DNA of 64,000 nucleotides from an uncultured Candidatus Binatia bacterium (GTDB taxonomy: Bacteria > Desulfobacterota > Binatia > Bin18). Under the pieces are notes generated by a model. It ran no database searches and was not told the origin of the DNA. It saw only the letters and a program-made list of their open reading frames with translations. Both the position numbers and the translations under genes were made by a program. Every line of letters begins with the position of its first letter. The first letter of the stretch is position 1. The stretch covers positions 2,272,001 to 2,336,000 of the forward strand of contig OZ241744.1 in the NCBI GenBank assembly GCA_965200965.1. The letters are read 5' to 3'. Below are positions 48,217 to 56,499 of this stretch, piece by piece.

Positions 48217-48513
48217 TTACTCCTCCCGCCGCCTGTAGCGGCTCCCCGTCCCGAAGAGTTTGCCTTTGACCGGGTGGTGATCACTCTCCCAGTCGTAGTC
48301 ATTATTTTCGAGCACTTCCTTTACCATCTTACCAATCTGTGCCCCACTCCTCTCTAGTTCTTGGTGGTACTCTTGGAAGGCCGGGTCTGTAAGGAGGATA
48401 TCTCCCAGACCCTCCACAGCTGCCTTCCCCTCATCACTGTTCTCCTGCATCAGCTTGATGATGTCAGGTCGGTTCAGGAAGCGTTCCAGCTCCTGTTCAA
48501 GACTCGCGTTCAT
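48217..48513 (-). CDS. small hypothetical protein
   Basis: AAGGAG 7 nt before ATG 48513 (MNASLEQELERF...); in frame with the upstream remnant. Confidence 0.5.
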   Translation of the reverse strand: MNASLEQELERFLNRPDIIKLMQENSDEGKAAVEGLGDILLTDPAFQEYHQELERSGAQIGKMVKEVLENNDYDWESDHHPVKGKLFGTGSRYRRREE

Positions 48514-48549
48514 AGATGTACTCCTTCCCGCGCACTCAGCGCTCTTGCC

Positions 48550-48651
48550 TTTGTCTTCCCTGAAGACCAATTGCTCAGGCGGGGGCAGAAAGTCTGCCAC
48601 GACCTGGATATCGCCCAGCGGTTCATCAGTGTAGGTGATTGTCTTTTTCAT
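48550..48651 (-). pseudogene. N-terminal remnant of a CopG/BrnA-like antitoxin
   Basis: MKKTITYTDEPLGDIQVVADFLPPPEQLVFRED resembles, from memory, the N-terminus of that family; the following DNA-binding part is absent. Confidence 0.55.
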
Positions 48652-48669
48652 GGGAAGGCTGTACCGGGG

Positions 48670-49104
48670 TCATGCCGCGCCCTTCGGCTGTTTCAACTCA
48701 AAGACCCGCACGATGACATAGGCGATCAGCGCAAACACAAAAAAGACCATCAGCATCCAGGCCACACTCTGCATGGTCTCAATAATCGTCCGATAGACCT
48801 CAAGCACCCAGCGCTCAGCCGTCAGCGTCAGGACGCTCGGCTCAGCCTCGGGCGGCTGGAGGTGAGGGGGCTGGCCGACGTGCTCGGGCGGGGTGATGTA
48901 GCGTTCCAACTGCCAGATGCGCACCCCGCCAGAGATGCCAACAACATAGATGGCAAACTGTATGTACTTGACCCAGGCCAGATGAATCTCATCAGCAATG
49001 ACCCGGGCCAGGATATTCCTGACCGGACGATCGAAAAGACGCGCCACCAGGAATGAGACCCCGAGCGCAATGCCGAAGGTGACGGCCAATAAGGACAGAA
49101 ACAT
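48670..49104 (-). CDS. hypothetical membrane protein (3 TM)
   Basis: MFLSLLAVTF...AWVKYIQFAIYVVGISGGVRIWQLERYI...LEVYRTII. Confidence 0.75.
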   Translation of the reverse strand: MFLSLLAVTFGIALGVSFLVARLFDRPVRNILARVIADEIHLAWVKYIQFAIYVVGISGGVRIWQLERYITPPEHVGQPPHLQPPEAEPSVLTLTAERWVLEVYRTIIETMQSVAWMLMVFFVFALIAYVIVRVFELKQPKGAA

Positions 49105-49174
49105 GCCTTTTCCCATTGACAGACAGAAAACACCCGCGGGATAATTACCCCCTCTATATCCAGGAGGGAGGAGT

Positions 49175-49423
49175 ATGGCAAGGGCACCAATTTTCTCCGC
49201 GGACTCGCATACGATGGAGCCGGCCGATCTGTGGCTGGAGCGTATCGACCGGGCCTTTCGTGACCGCGCTCCGCGCGTGATCACAAACCATGCGGGCAGA
49301 CCGGGCAGCTTTTTTGTAGCCGAGGGCCTGACCCCCTGTATCGAGCGGAACTTTGCCGATGTGTCAGAGACAGTCAGGCGCAAAATCACCTGCGAGAACA
49401 TTCATCACCTGTACGCCTTCTGA
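49175..49423 (+). pseudogene. amidohydrolase (Amidohydro_2-like) with a large in-frame internal deletion
   Basis: Strong RBS; N-terminus SADSHTMEPADLW..RI..FRDRAPRV joined to C-terminus IERNFADV...RRKITCENIHHLYAF in only 82 aa. Confidence 0.7.
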
Positions 49424-49440
49424 ACACCGGAGAGAGCGTC

Positions 49441-50133
49441 ATGACCCCATTGAACAAAGCGTCGCTCCGCCCGTCGCTCTCGCCAGAGACGGAACACCTG
49501 CCTGAGTCAGATGGACAGCCTATGGCCGAGACCGATACGCACCGGGCGCAGATGATCGAGCTGCTGGAATGTCTGGAGGAGTATTACCGGGCTGACCCGA
49601 ATGTGTATGTCACCGGCAACATCCTGCTGTACTTTCGGAATGCAGCCGGCGAGCGGCAATCCGTCAGCCCCGATGTCTGCGTTGTCCACGGCATAGAGAA
49701 GAAGAAGCGGCGCGTCTACAACCTGGAGGTGGAGAAAAAAGTGCCCGGCGTGGTCATTGAGCTGACCTCACGCCATACCAAGGTTGAGGACCTGGGCAAC
49801 AAACGGGTGATCTATGCCGAGCTGGGGGTCGGCGAGTATTTTATTTTTGATCCGCTCGACGGCTCGCTCAGCCCACAACTCCGGGGCTTTCGCCTGGAGG
49901 GCGGGGAGTACATTCCACTGCTTGGCACACCGTTGCACAGCGAGGTGCTGGACCTGGACCTGGTTATTGAAGCCGAGCGCTTGCGGCTCTGTCATCCGCA
50001 GACTGGAGAGCGTCTGCGCGTTCATGCCGAGGCCGAAGCCGACCGGCGGGCAGCCGAAGCCGCCCTGCGCGCAGCCGAGCGGGACAATGCCCGGCTGCGG
50101 CACGAATTGGAACGCTTGCGCACGACCCCCTGA
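49441..50133 (+). CDS. Uma2 family endonuclease
   Basis: PESDGQPMAE..H, SPDV, VIELTS and GVGEYFIFDP motifs; C-terminal coiled coil. Confidence 0.92.
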   Translation: MTPLNKASLRPSLSPETEHLPESDGQPMAETDTHRAQMIELLECLEEYYRADPNVYVTGNILLYFRNAAGERQSVSPDVCVVHGIEKKKRRVYNLEVEKKVPGVVIELTSRHTKVEDLGNKRVIYAELGVGEYFIFDPLDGSLSPQLRGFRLEGGEYIPLLGTPLHSEVLDLDLVIEAERLRLCHPQTGERLRVHAEAEADRRAAEAALRAAERDNARLRHELERLRTTP

Positions 50134-50146
50134 CCCGACCCCCTGA

Positions 50147-51361
50147 TCAACACAACACCCCTTTTTCCCGCAGCCCGGCGAGCTCGGCCTGACCGAGGCC
50201 CAGCACCTCGGTCAGCACATAGTCGTTATCCTGGCCAAAGGTCGGGGCGTGCCGCCATACCTCGCACGGCGTCTGGGACATTTTCCACGGAATCCCCAAG
50301 TGGCGGCGCACGCCAATCTCCGGGTGAGGGTGCTCAACATAGGTCCCCCGCGCTTCTACCTGGGGGTCAGCCAGCATTTCCCGACCGTTCAGGGCCGGGT
50401 AGGCGGCCACCCCGGCCGCTTGCAGCGTCACGGTCGCTTCGTGGGCGGTCCGCTCCTGCGTCCAGGCGGTCAGCATCTGTTCCAGGGCATCTTCGTTGTC
50501 CTTGCGGGCGGCCGCGGTGGCAAAGCGCGGATCGTCCGCCAGCCCGGGCTGGCCGATAGCCGTGCAGCACTGCCGCCATTCGTCTTCGGTCCCGACCACA
50601 ATGCTGACCCAGGCGTCATCACCCTGACTGCGAAAGACGCCATGCGGGGCCATATACGGGTCACGGTTGCCCATGCGCGGGGGCTGGTGGCCGTTCATGG
50701 TGTAGTCCATGATGGCTTCGGGCAGCAGCATGGCGCAGGCTTCGCGCTGGGAGAGGTCAATATACTGGCCGCGGCCGGTCTTCTGCCGATAGAGCAGCGC
50801 ACACATAATGGCGTAGGCACCGTGGACGCCGCCGTTTGGGTCGCCGTAGGAAAAGCCGGCCTGGCGTGGCCCGTCGCCACGATAGCCGGTCAGGGCCGAC
50901 ATGCCGCTCAGGGCGACCTGCGGCGGGCCGTATGACACATAGCCCTTCTCCGGGCCGGTCTGGCCATAGCCCGACAGCGAGGCCATGATGACAGCGGGCT
51001 TGATGGCCCGCAGCACCGCATAGCCCAGACCCATTTTTTCCATGACTCCGCCGGCAAAGTTCTCAATGACAATATCGCTTGTGGCGACGAGCCGCTTGGC
51101 CAGCGCTATCCCTTCGGGCTGCTTCAGATCGAGCGACAGGGAGCGTTTGCCCTGATTGTACTGATTGAAATAGCCACAGCGGTTCATGCCCGGCTCGTTG
51201 TCGGCCCAGGGGGGAATCTGGCGCGTCGGACACAACCGCGCCCGGCTCTCAATCCGAATGACTTCAGCGCCCAGATGGGCCAGTTGGAGCGCTCCGTATG
51301 GCCCGGCCCAGGCCCAGCAGAAGTCGGCAACACGAACGCCGTCCAGTGGTGGTTTCCTCAT
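50147..51361 (-). CDS. class III CoA-transferase (CaiB/BaiF), catalytic Asp present
   Basis: PLDGVRVADF, AGP, GAEVIRIE, NQGKRS and SYGDPNGG motifs. Confidence 0.92.
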   Translation of the reverse strand: MRKPPLDGVRVADFCWAWAGPYGALQLAHLGAEVIRIESRARLCPTRQIPPWADNEPGMNRCGYFNQYNQGKRSLSLDLKQPEGIALAKRLVATSDIVIENFAGGVMEKMGLGYAVLRAIKPAVIMASLSGYGQTGPEKGYVSYGPPQVALSGMSALTGYRGDGPRQAGFSYGDPNGGVHGAYAIMCALLYRQKTGRGQYIDLSQREACAMLLPEAIMDYTMNGHQPPRMGNRDPYMAPHGVFRSQGDDAWVSIVVGTEDEWRQCCTAIGQPGLADDPRFATAAARKDNEDALEQMLTAWTQERTAHEATVTLQAAGVAAYPALNGREMLADPQVEARGTYVEHPHPEIGVRRHLGIPWKMSQTPCEVWRHAPTFGQDNDYVLTEVLGLGQAELAGLREKGVLC

Positions 51362-51379
51362 AGCGTATCTCCCATCTGT

Positions 51380-52588
51380 TCAGATAATTCCGGCCTGCTG
51401 AAGCCGCCCAAGCTCGTCCTCAGTCATGCCGAGTCCGGTATACACCTCGGTGTTATGCTGGCCGAGGCACGGGGCCGGGCGGCGCAGCGTCCACGGCGTT
51501 TCAGACATGGTGTGGGGGGCCGTCGGGTAGGTGTGGACACCGGCCTGGGGATGGGCAATCTCGGCAAAAAAGCCACGGACTTTCAGGTGCTCGGAGTGCA
51601 GCAGATCGCCCATCGTTGAGACCGGCGCAAACGGAATGCGCCGGGCCTGGGCCTGGTGGTACAACTCATCGACCGACTGCTCCCTGATCCACGGCTCCAG
51701 GAAGAGCTGCAGCGCGTCCCAGTTCCCGGCACGGTCCAGACGGGTCTTGAAGAGTTCTTCGTCGGCCCAGTCCGGATTACCCATCAGATCAACAAAGCGC
51801 TGCCACTGGTGTTCTTCAACGCAGGCGACATAGATCCAGCCGTCTTTACACTCCATGATGTCGAGCGGCCGGATGGCCTTGTTGCCGGTAAAGCGCACCA
51901 CAATCTGGTCGGCATAGGTCGGCATGATCCCGGCAAACTCGGAGATGCCCATCAGGCACTCCTGGACCGAAAAGTCGATGTGCTGGCCGTGACCATCCTG
52001 GAAACGGGCAAACAGCGCGGCCAGCGACGCGGTGGCCGCGTGGACGCCGGCCTGAAAACCCGACTGCTGGCCAAAGACCCGCAGGGGCGGCAGGTCCTCG
52101 CTGCCGGGGCCGCCGCCGTTCAGGTAGCACAGCCCGCCGGCGTTCCAGCTCGTCAGGTCATAGGCCGCATAGTCTGCACGCGGTCCGCTCAGGCCAAAGG
52201 GCGTAATTGAGGTCATCACCAGACCGGCGTTCAGACCGGCCAGACGCGCATAGTCCAGGCCGTGGGCGGCCATGCGGGTCGGGTGGACATTATGGATCAG
52301 CAGGTCGGCCTTCCCGACCAGGCGGTGAAACACCGCCTGGCCGTGGGGGGCGGTCAGGTCCAGGGTCACGCCCCGCTTGTTGGTGTTCAGATACAGGTAC
52401 AGCCCGCTCTTTTCCGGGTGGGGCGTCCCGCCCGGAAACGGCCCCCGGTGGCGAGCGGAATCGCCGCCGGGCGGTTCAATTTTGATCACCTCGGCTCCCA
52501 TGTCGGCCATCAGTTTGGCCGCATAGGACGCCCCGACCATCTCTCCACACTCAAGAATCGTGAAGCCTTCCAGCGCAAGCCCCGGCAT
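51380..52588 (-). CDS. class III CoA-transferase (CaiB/BaiF), apparently lacking the catalytic Asp
   Basis: ADMGAEVIKIEPPGGD, NTNKRG, SITPFG; QQSGFQAG at the Asp position. Confidence 0.9.
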   Translation of the reverse strand: MPGLALEGFTILECGEMVGASYAAKLMADMGAEVIKIEPPGGDSARHRGPFPGGTPHPEKSGLYLYLNTNKRGVTLDLTAPHGQAVFHRLVGKADLLIHNVHPTRMAAHGLDYARLAGLNAGLVMTSITPFGLSGPRADYAAYDLTSWNAGGLCYLNGGGPGSEDLPPLRVFGQQSGFQAGVHAATASLAALFARFQDGHGQHIDFSVQECLMGISEFAGIMPTYADQIVVRFTGNKAIRPLDIMECKDGWIYVACVEEHQWQRFVDLMGNPDWADEELFKTRLDRAGNWDALQLFLEPWIREQSVDELYHQAQARRIPFAPVSTMGDLLHSEHLKVRGFFAEIAHPQAGVHTYPTAPHTMSETPWTLRRPAPCLGQHNTEVYTGLGMTEDELGRLQQAGII

Positions 52589-52632
52589 GATACCCTCCTT
52601 GTTGACACATGATAACCGCGCCAGCGGTCATG

Positions 52633-52681
52633 AGGAGTGAACGTGTCGCCGTCCGGTCGATCTGCCGACACGCTCACCCTC
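52633..52681 (-). repeat. 49-bp palindromic (REP-like) element, copy 4, intergenic, reverse orientation
   Basis: Reverse complement reads gagggtgag-cgtgtcggcagatcgaccggacggcgacacg-ttcactcct. Confidence 0.8.
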
Positions 52682-52741
52682 CAGTGTAGTCAGCCAGCCT
52701 CAGCCCGTCAAGATTGCTGAAGCCGAACACGGCAGTACCCG

Positions 52742-53014
52742 ATGGACGTGACTCCAATCTACCTGCGGGTCCGGCGGACAGACATCGCCTATGTCAAATT
52801 CATCCTCGAATCGTATGAGGACCTCGCCATTGTGCGGACGCTCGATCGAAAAAAAGCCACCATTGTGGTCCTGGCCATGCCGGATTTTCTCGAGCATGTC
52901 CGGGCGGTCTTACGCGCCCTGGCCCGGGAGTTGGAGGTATACGAGATTCCCCCGCCCCCGGAGCACGAGGCAGACGGCGATTGGCTGATGGAGCAGATCA
53001 AACGCGGAGCATAG
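52742..53014 (+). CDS. DUF4911 domain protein
   Basis: IAYVKFILESYEDLAIVRTLD. Confidence 0.8.
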   Translation: MDVTPIYLRVRRTDIAYVKFILESYEDLAIVRTLDRKKATIVVLAMPDFLEHVRAVLRALARELEVYEIPPPPEHEADGDWLMEQIKRGA

Positions 53015-53018
53015 CGGC

Positions 53019-53762
53019 CTAGGTCGCGTCGTGGTCGTCCGGCCCGGTGGCACAGACATAGGCCACCCCGATACTCACCCCGTAGAGCAGGATCAGCGGC
53101 CCGGCGAGCAGAATCTGGGAGACGGCGTCGGGCGGGGTCAGAATGGCGGCCAGAACAAAGATGAGCAGCACGGCATAGCGGAAAGCGCCGATCAGGGTGC
53201 GATGGGTCAGCAGGCCGAGCCGCGAGAAGAAAAAGCTCAGCACCGGGAGCTGAAAGGTGATGCCAAAGGCCAGCAGGCTCCGCGAGGTGAAGCTCAGGTA
53301 TTCGCTGATGCGCAGCGTGGCCTCAACAGCAATGAGCTCAAACTGCCCGATAAAGAAGGCGTAGGCAATGGGCAGGACAACCGCATAGCAAAACCCGCCG
53401 CCCAGGACGAAAAAGAAGGAACAGAAGCCGACAAACGGCCACACATAGCGCTTTTCGTGGGCGTACAGGCCCGGTGCCACAAACCGCCACAGCTGGTAGA
53501 ACACCCCGGGGCTGGCCAGGAACAGGGCGGCAATAAAAGCGACCTTGATCTTGGTAAAAAAGGCTTCGGTCGGGCCGGTTCCGATCAGCGTACAATCGGG
53601 ACAGGCCCGGAGCAGCGGTTCTCGCAGCACGGTGAACAGCCGGTCGGCAAACACATAGCTCGGGACAAACCCCACCGCGATGGCCAGCAGGGCCTTGACG
53701 AGGCGTGAGCGGAGTTCTTCCAGATGACCGATGAGCGACATCGTGGTGTCGTCAGGGGTCAT
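53019..53762 (-). CDS. tatC: twin-arginine translocase subunit TatC
   Basis: [23 protein letters not shown] and AAILTPPD motifs. Confidence 0.96.
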   Translation of the reverse strand: MTPDDTTMSLIGHLEELRSRLVKALLAIAVGFVPSYVFADRLFTVLREPLLRACPDCTLIGTGPTEAFFTKIKVAFIAALFLASPGVFYQLWRFVAPGLYAHEKRYVWPFVGFCSFFFVLGGGFCYAVVLPIAYAFFIGQFELIAVEATLRISEYLSFTSRSLLAFGITFQLPVLSFFFSRLGLLTHRTLIGAFRYAVLLIFVLAAILTPPDAVSQILLAGPLILLYGVSIGVAYVCATGPDDHDAT

Positions 53763-54073
53763 TGAGGCGTCTTCTCCCGGGGCGGGGGGTCGGGTTGAGG
53801 CTGAGCGTCGCCGGACTGGACGGGGAGGCGCAGTTCGTCATCGGGGCCGCTATCGGGCTCACTGGGCCGCGTGCTGTGTTCGGCCTGGCGCACTTCTTCT
53901 TCGAGCATGATGCGGGCGTGATCAAGCTCTTCTCTCACGCCACTGGTGGCGCGTCGAAACTCCCCCAGGGTCCTGCCCAGCCCTCTGGCCAACTCGGGCA
54001 GCCGTTTCGGGCCGAGCACGACAAGAGCAATCACGAGGATCACAAGCAACTCAGGCACACCAATACCAAACAT
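53759..54073 (-). CDS. tatB: twin-arginine translocase TatB/TatA subunit
   Basis: [30 protein letters not shown]; directly upstream of tatC. Confidence 0.85.
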   Translation of the reverse strand: MFGIGVPELLVILVIALVVLGPKRLPELARGLGRTLGEFRRATSGVREELDHARIMLEEEVRQAEHSTRPSEPDSGPDDELRLPVQSGDAQPQPDPPPREKTPQ

Positions 54074-54082
54074 CGCCCACCC

Positions 54083-54132
54083 TTCGCTTTGTCAGGCCAC
54101 GCTAGTATAATCGGACAAGTGACGCAAGCGAA
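54083..54132. promoter_or_regulatory. overlapping divergent sigma70 promoters (tatBC / deacetylase)
   Basis: + strand: TTCGCT(54083)-N17-TATAAT(54106); - strand: TTCGCT(54132)-N17-TATACT(54109). Confidence 0.55.
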
Positions 54133-54145
54133 AGGGGACGGAGCC

Positions 54146-55180
54146 ATGCTGCGCACGGGGCTTGTTATTGACACCCGCTACCAGGACCACCAACCCGGCC
54201 AGCAGCATCCAGAACGACCGGCCCGGATTGGCCAGCTGCTGCGCGCGCTCGAGTCGTATCGGCGGCCCGGACTGAGGCCGCTGGCCCCGCGGCTGGCAAC
54301 CGCAGCCGAAATCGGCCTGATCCACGATACGGCCCACATCGGCCGGGTTGCCGCAACCGCCGGCCGGCCCCGCTTTGCCTTTGACGCCGATACCCAGGGG
54401 TCAGCCCTCTCCTACGACACCGCCCGCCTGGCCACCGGCGGCCTGCTGAGCATCCTGGACGCGATCATGGACGGCGAGGTGGATAACGGCTTTGGCCTCG
54501 TCCGCCCGCCGGGGCATCATGCCGAGCGCAACCGGGCGATGGGCTTTTGTCTGTTTAACAGCGCGGCCATTGGCGCGCAGTATCTCAGAGACAGGCACGG
54601 CCTCAGCCGCGTGCTGCTGATGGACTGGGACCTGCACCACGGCAACGGCAGCCAGCACAGCTTTTATGACGACCCCGGCGTCCTGTACGCCTCGAGCCAC
54701 CAATACCCCTGTTACCCGGGCAGCGGAGCGGCCGAAGAGGTCGGCCAGGGAGCTGGCGCGGGCTATACGGTCAACCTGCCCATTGCGGCCGGCTGGGGAG
54801 ACGCCGAATACCACCACCTGTTTGCAACGATTATTGACCCGATCTGCCGCCAGTTTGACCCGCAGTTTGTCCTGATCTCGGCCGGCTTTGACGCCCATGC
54901 CCGCGACCCTTTGGGCGGCTTGCAGATGACCGAAGCGGGATTTGCCAGCCTGGCCCGGGTGCTGTTGCGCATCGCCCGTGACCACGCCCGGGGACGGTGC
55001 GCCGCCCTCCTGGAAGGCGGCTATGATCTCAGGGGACTCGAGAAATCCACCCTGCGGGTCCTGGACGAAATGGGCGGCGAGCATCTGGACACACCCCTGC
55101 CCGAGGTGGACAGCCGCCCGCTGTTGCCCCAGGTGGTGACGATTCAGCGCAAGTACTGGGAGCTGCCAGACCGCGCGTGA
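54146..55180 (+). CDS. histone deacetylase family protein
   Basis: HPERP.R, RPPGHHA, GFCLFN, DWDLHHGNG, SAGFDAH and LEGGY motifs. Confidence 0.95.
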   Translation: MLRTGLVIDTRYQDHQPGQQHPERPARIGQLLRALESYRRPGLRPLAPRLATAAEIGLIHDTAHIGRVAATAGRPRFAFDADTQGSALSYDTARLATGGLLSILDAIMDGEVDNGFGLVRPPGHHAERNRAMGFCLFNSAAIGAQYLRDRHGLSRVLLMDWDLHHGNGSQHSFYDDPGVLYASSHQYPCYPGSGAAEEVGQGAGAGYTVNLPIAAGWGDAEYHHLFATIIDPICRQFDPQFVLISAGFDAHARDPLGGLQMTEAGFASLARVLLRIARDHARGRCAALLEGGYDLRGLEKSTLRVLDEMGGEHLDTPLPEVDSRPLLPQVVTIQRKYWELPDRA

Positions 55181-55207
55181 CAGAGTGCGGTGGGGCAGCC
55201 CCGGGAC

Positions 55208-56473
55208 CTATTTCCCCATCCGCAGGAGTTCCATCAGCTCGTAGCGGCGCGGCGAATCCGGCCCGTTGAGCCGGGGCGCACCCGCCGTAAACACCGCGGC
55301 ATCGTCGCGCTGCACATTGACCCAGCTCATGCCCAGCGGGACCAGCGTGCGAACCCCTTGCGCGCCGGGCACATAGTCCGGGTGGCCATGCACATTGAGG
55401 GTCAGGCGGGCAAACTGCCCCTGGGCGTCATAGCTGAGCACGGCCAGCAGGGCATAGGTTTGCGCGTCCAGATAAAAGACCCGTTCGCCATACGGGTGGC
55501 CCCCCTTTGGCCTTGACGCAACCGTGATGACCCGGCGGAGCTCCCACGGAGCCTCGGGGTACCAGTTGTTTTTGCCGCCAAAGCTCACCGCGTCAGCCTG
55601 GAGAAAGCCGGGCACGAGCAGCACCTGTTCGGCAAGCCAGGTCCACTCGTACTCGTGCAGATAGCCCATGAAGTAGAGGGGCGGTTGCTCTTCCATCAGG
55701 ATGTCATAGCGGCCGCCGCCCATGCGGGCCAACAGGTTGGAGTGACTTTTCCGGATACGCCGGTTCTGGGGATTATAGCTGAGAATTTCCTGCGGCTGGC
55801 TGTCATCATCAAAGACGGTCACGATCCGCATCATCCCCTCTTGGTCGGCCGGCGCGACGAGCCGGAAACTGGCCTTCATGTAGACGCCTTTTTTCTGCCA
55901 CTGGGGATCGTTGTGTTCGTCCCCGACCCGGTGCGTGCCAAAGCGCATCCGCATCCGGCCGACATTCGACCGGTCGACCGTTCCGGCACTGTTGATCCCG
56001 CGCACATGGGCCCGGAGGTCGAGCGTCTGGGGCTGGTCTCGATACCGGAAATTCCACAGCGCCTTGAGGCCGGCCCGCGGATCGGCCGCATCCAGCACGG
56101 GGAACGGCCGGCCGGCCTGGTAGTGTTCCACTTGACCGGTCCCGGTCAGCTTCACCTGCCGGGCGTGGGTGAGGCTGGCCTCGAGGTAGGGCGTCCGAAC
56201 GGGCAGATCGGTCGTCGCCTGTATCTGGATACGGAAATCACCGGCCTGGACGAGGGACAGGATATCGGGCGGCAGCACCGGCTCGGCAGCCTGCCAGTTG
56301 TCGCGGTCAATCGTCATGCCCGGCGCAATGCCCGGGTGTTGAGGCAACCCGCCCTGGTACGGGAAAAAGACGGCGCGGACTGACTCGGGGGGTGCAGCCG
56401 GGACGGCAAAAGCCGGGACAAGCGTACTGATAGTCAGGGCAAGCAGGACTCCGAGGGCGTGGTATCTGCGCAT
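55208..56473 (-). CDS. DUF1329-like exported protein
   Basis: Signal peptide; GRPFP...AGLKALWN and WELR...HPY..RVFYLD motifs. Confidence 0.75.
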   Translation of the reverse strand: MRRYHALGVLLALTISTLVPAFAVPAAPPESVRAVFFPYQGGLPQHPGIAPGMTIDRDNWQAAEPVLPPDILSLVQAGDFRIQIQATTDLPVRTPYLEASLTHARQVKLTGTGQVEHYQAGRPFPVLDAADPRAGLKALWNFRYRDQPQTLDLRAHVRGINSAGTVDRSNVGRMRMRFGTHRVGDEHNDPQWQKKGVYMKASFRLVAPADQEGMMRIVTVFDDDSQPQEILSYNPQNRRIRKSHSNLLARMGGGRYDILMEEQPPLYFMGYLHEYEWTWLAEQVLLVPGFLQADAVSFGGKNNWYPEAPWELRRVITVASRPKGGHPYGERVFYLDAQTYALLAVLSYDAQGQFARLTLNVHGHPDYVPGAQGVRTLVPLGMSWVNVQRDDAAVFTAGAPRLNGPDSPRRYELMELLRMGK

Positions 56474-56499
56474 GTCTCTCCTCTCGCTGTCTCCCGACA

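Noticed and set aside
45169-48357. 563-aa and 381-aa plus-strand ORFs
   Set aside because: Antisense to the motif-rich carboxylase gene.
53762-54145. N-terminal extension of the deacetylase ORF
   Set aside because: It overlaps tatB on the opposite strand; the family-like sequence starts at ATG 54146.
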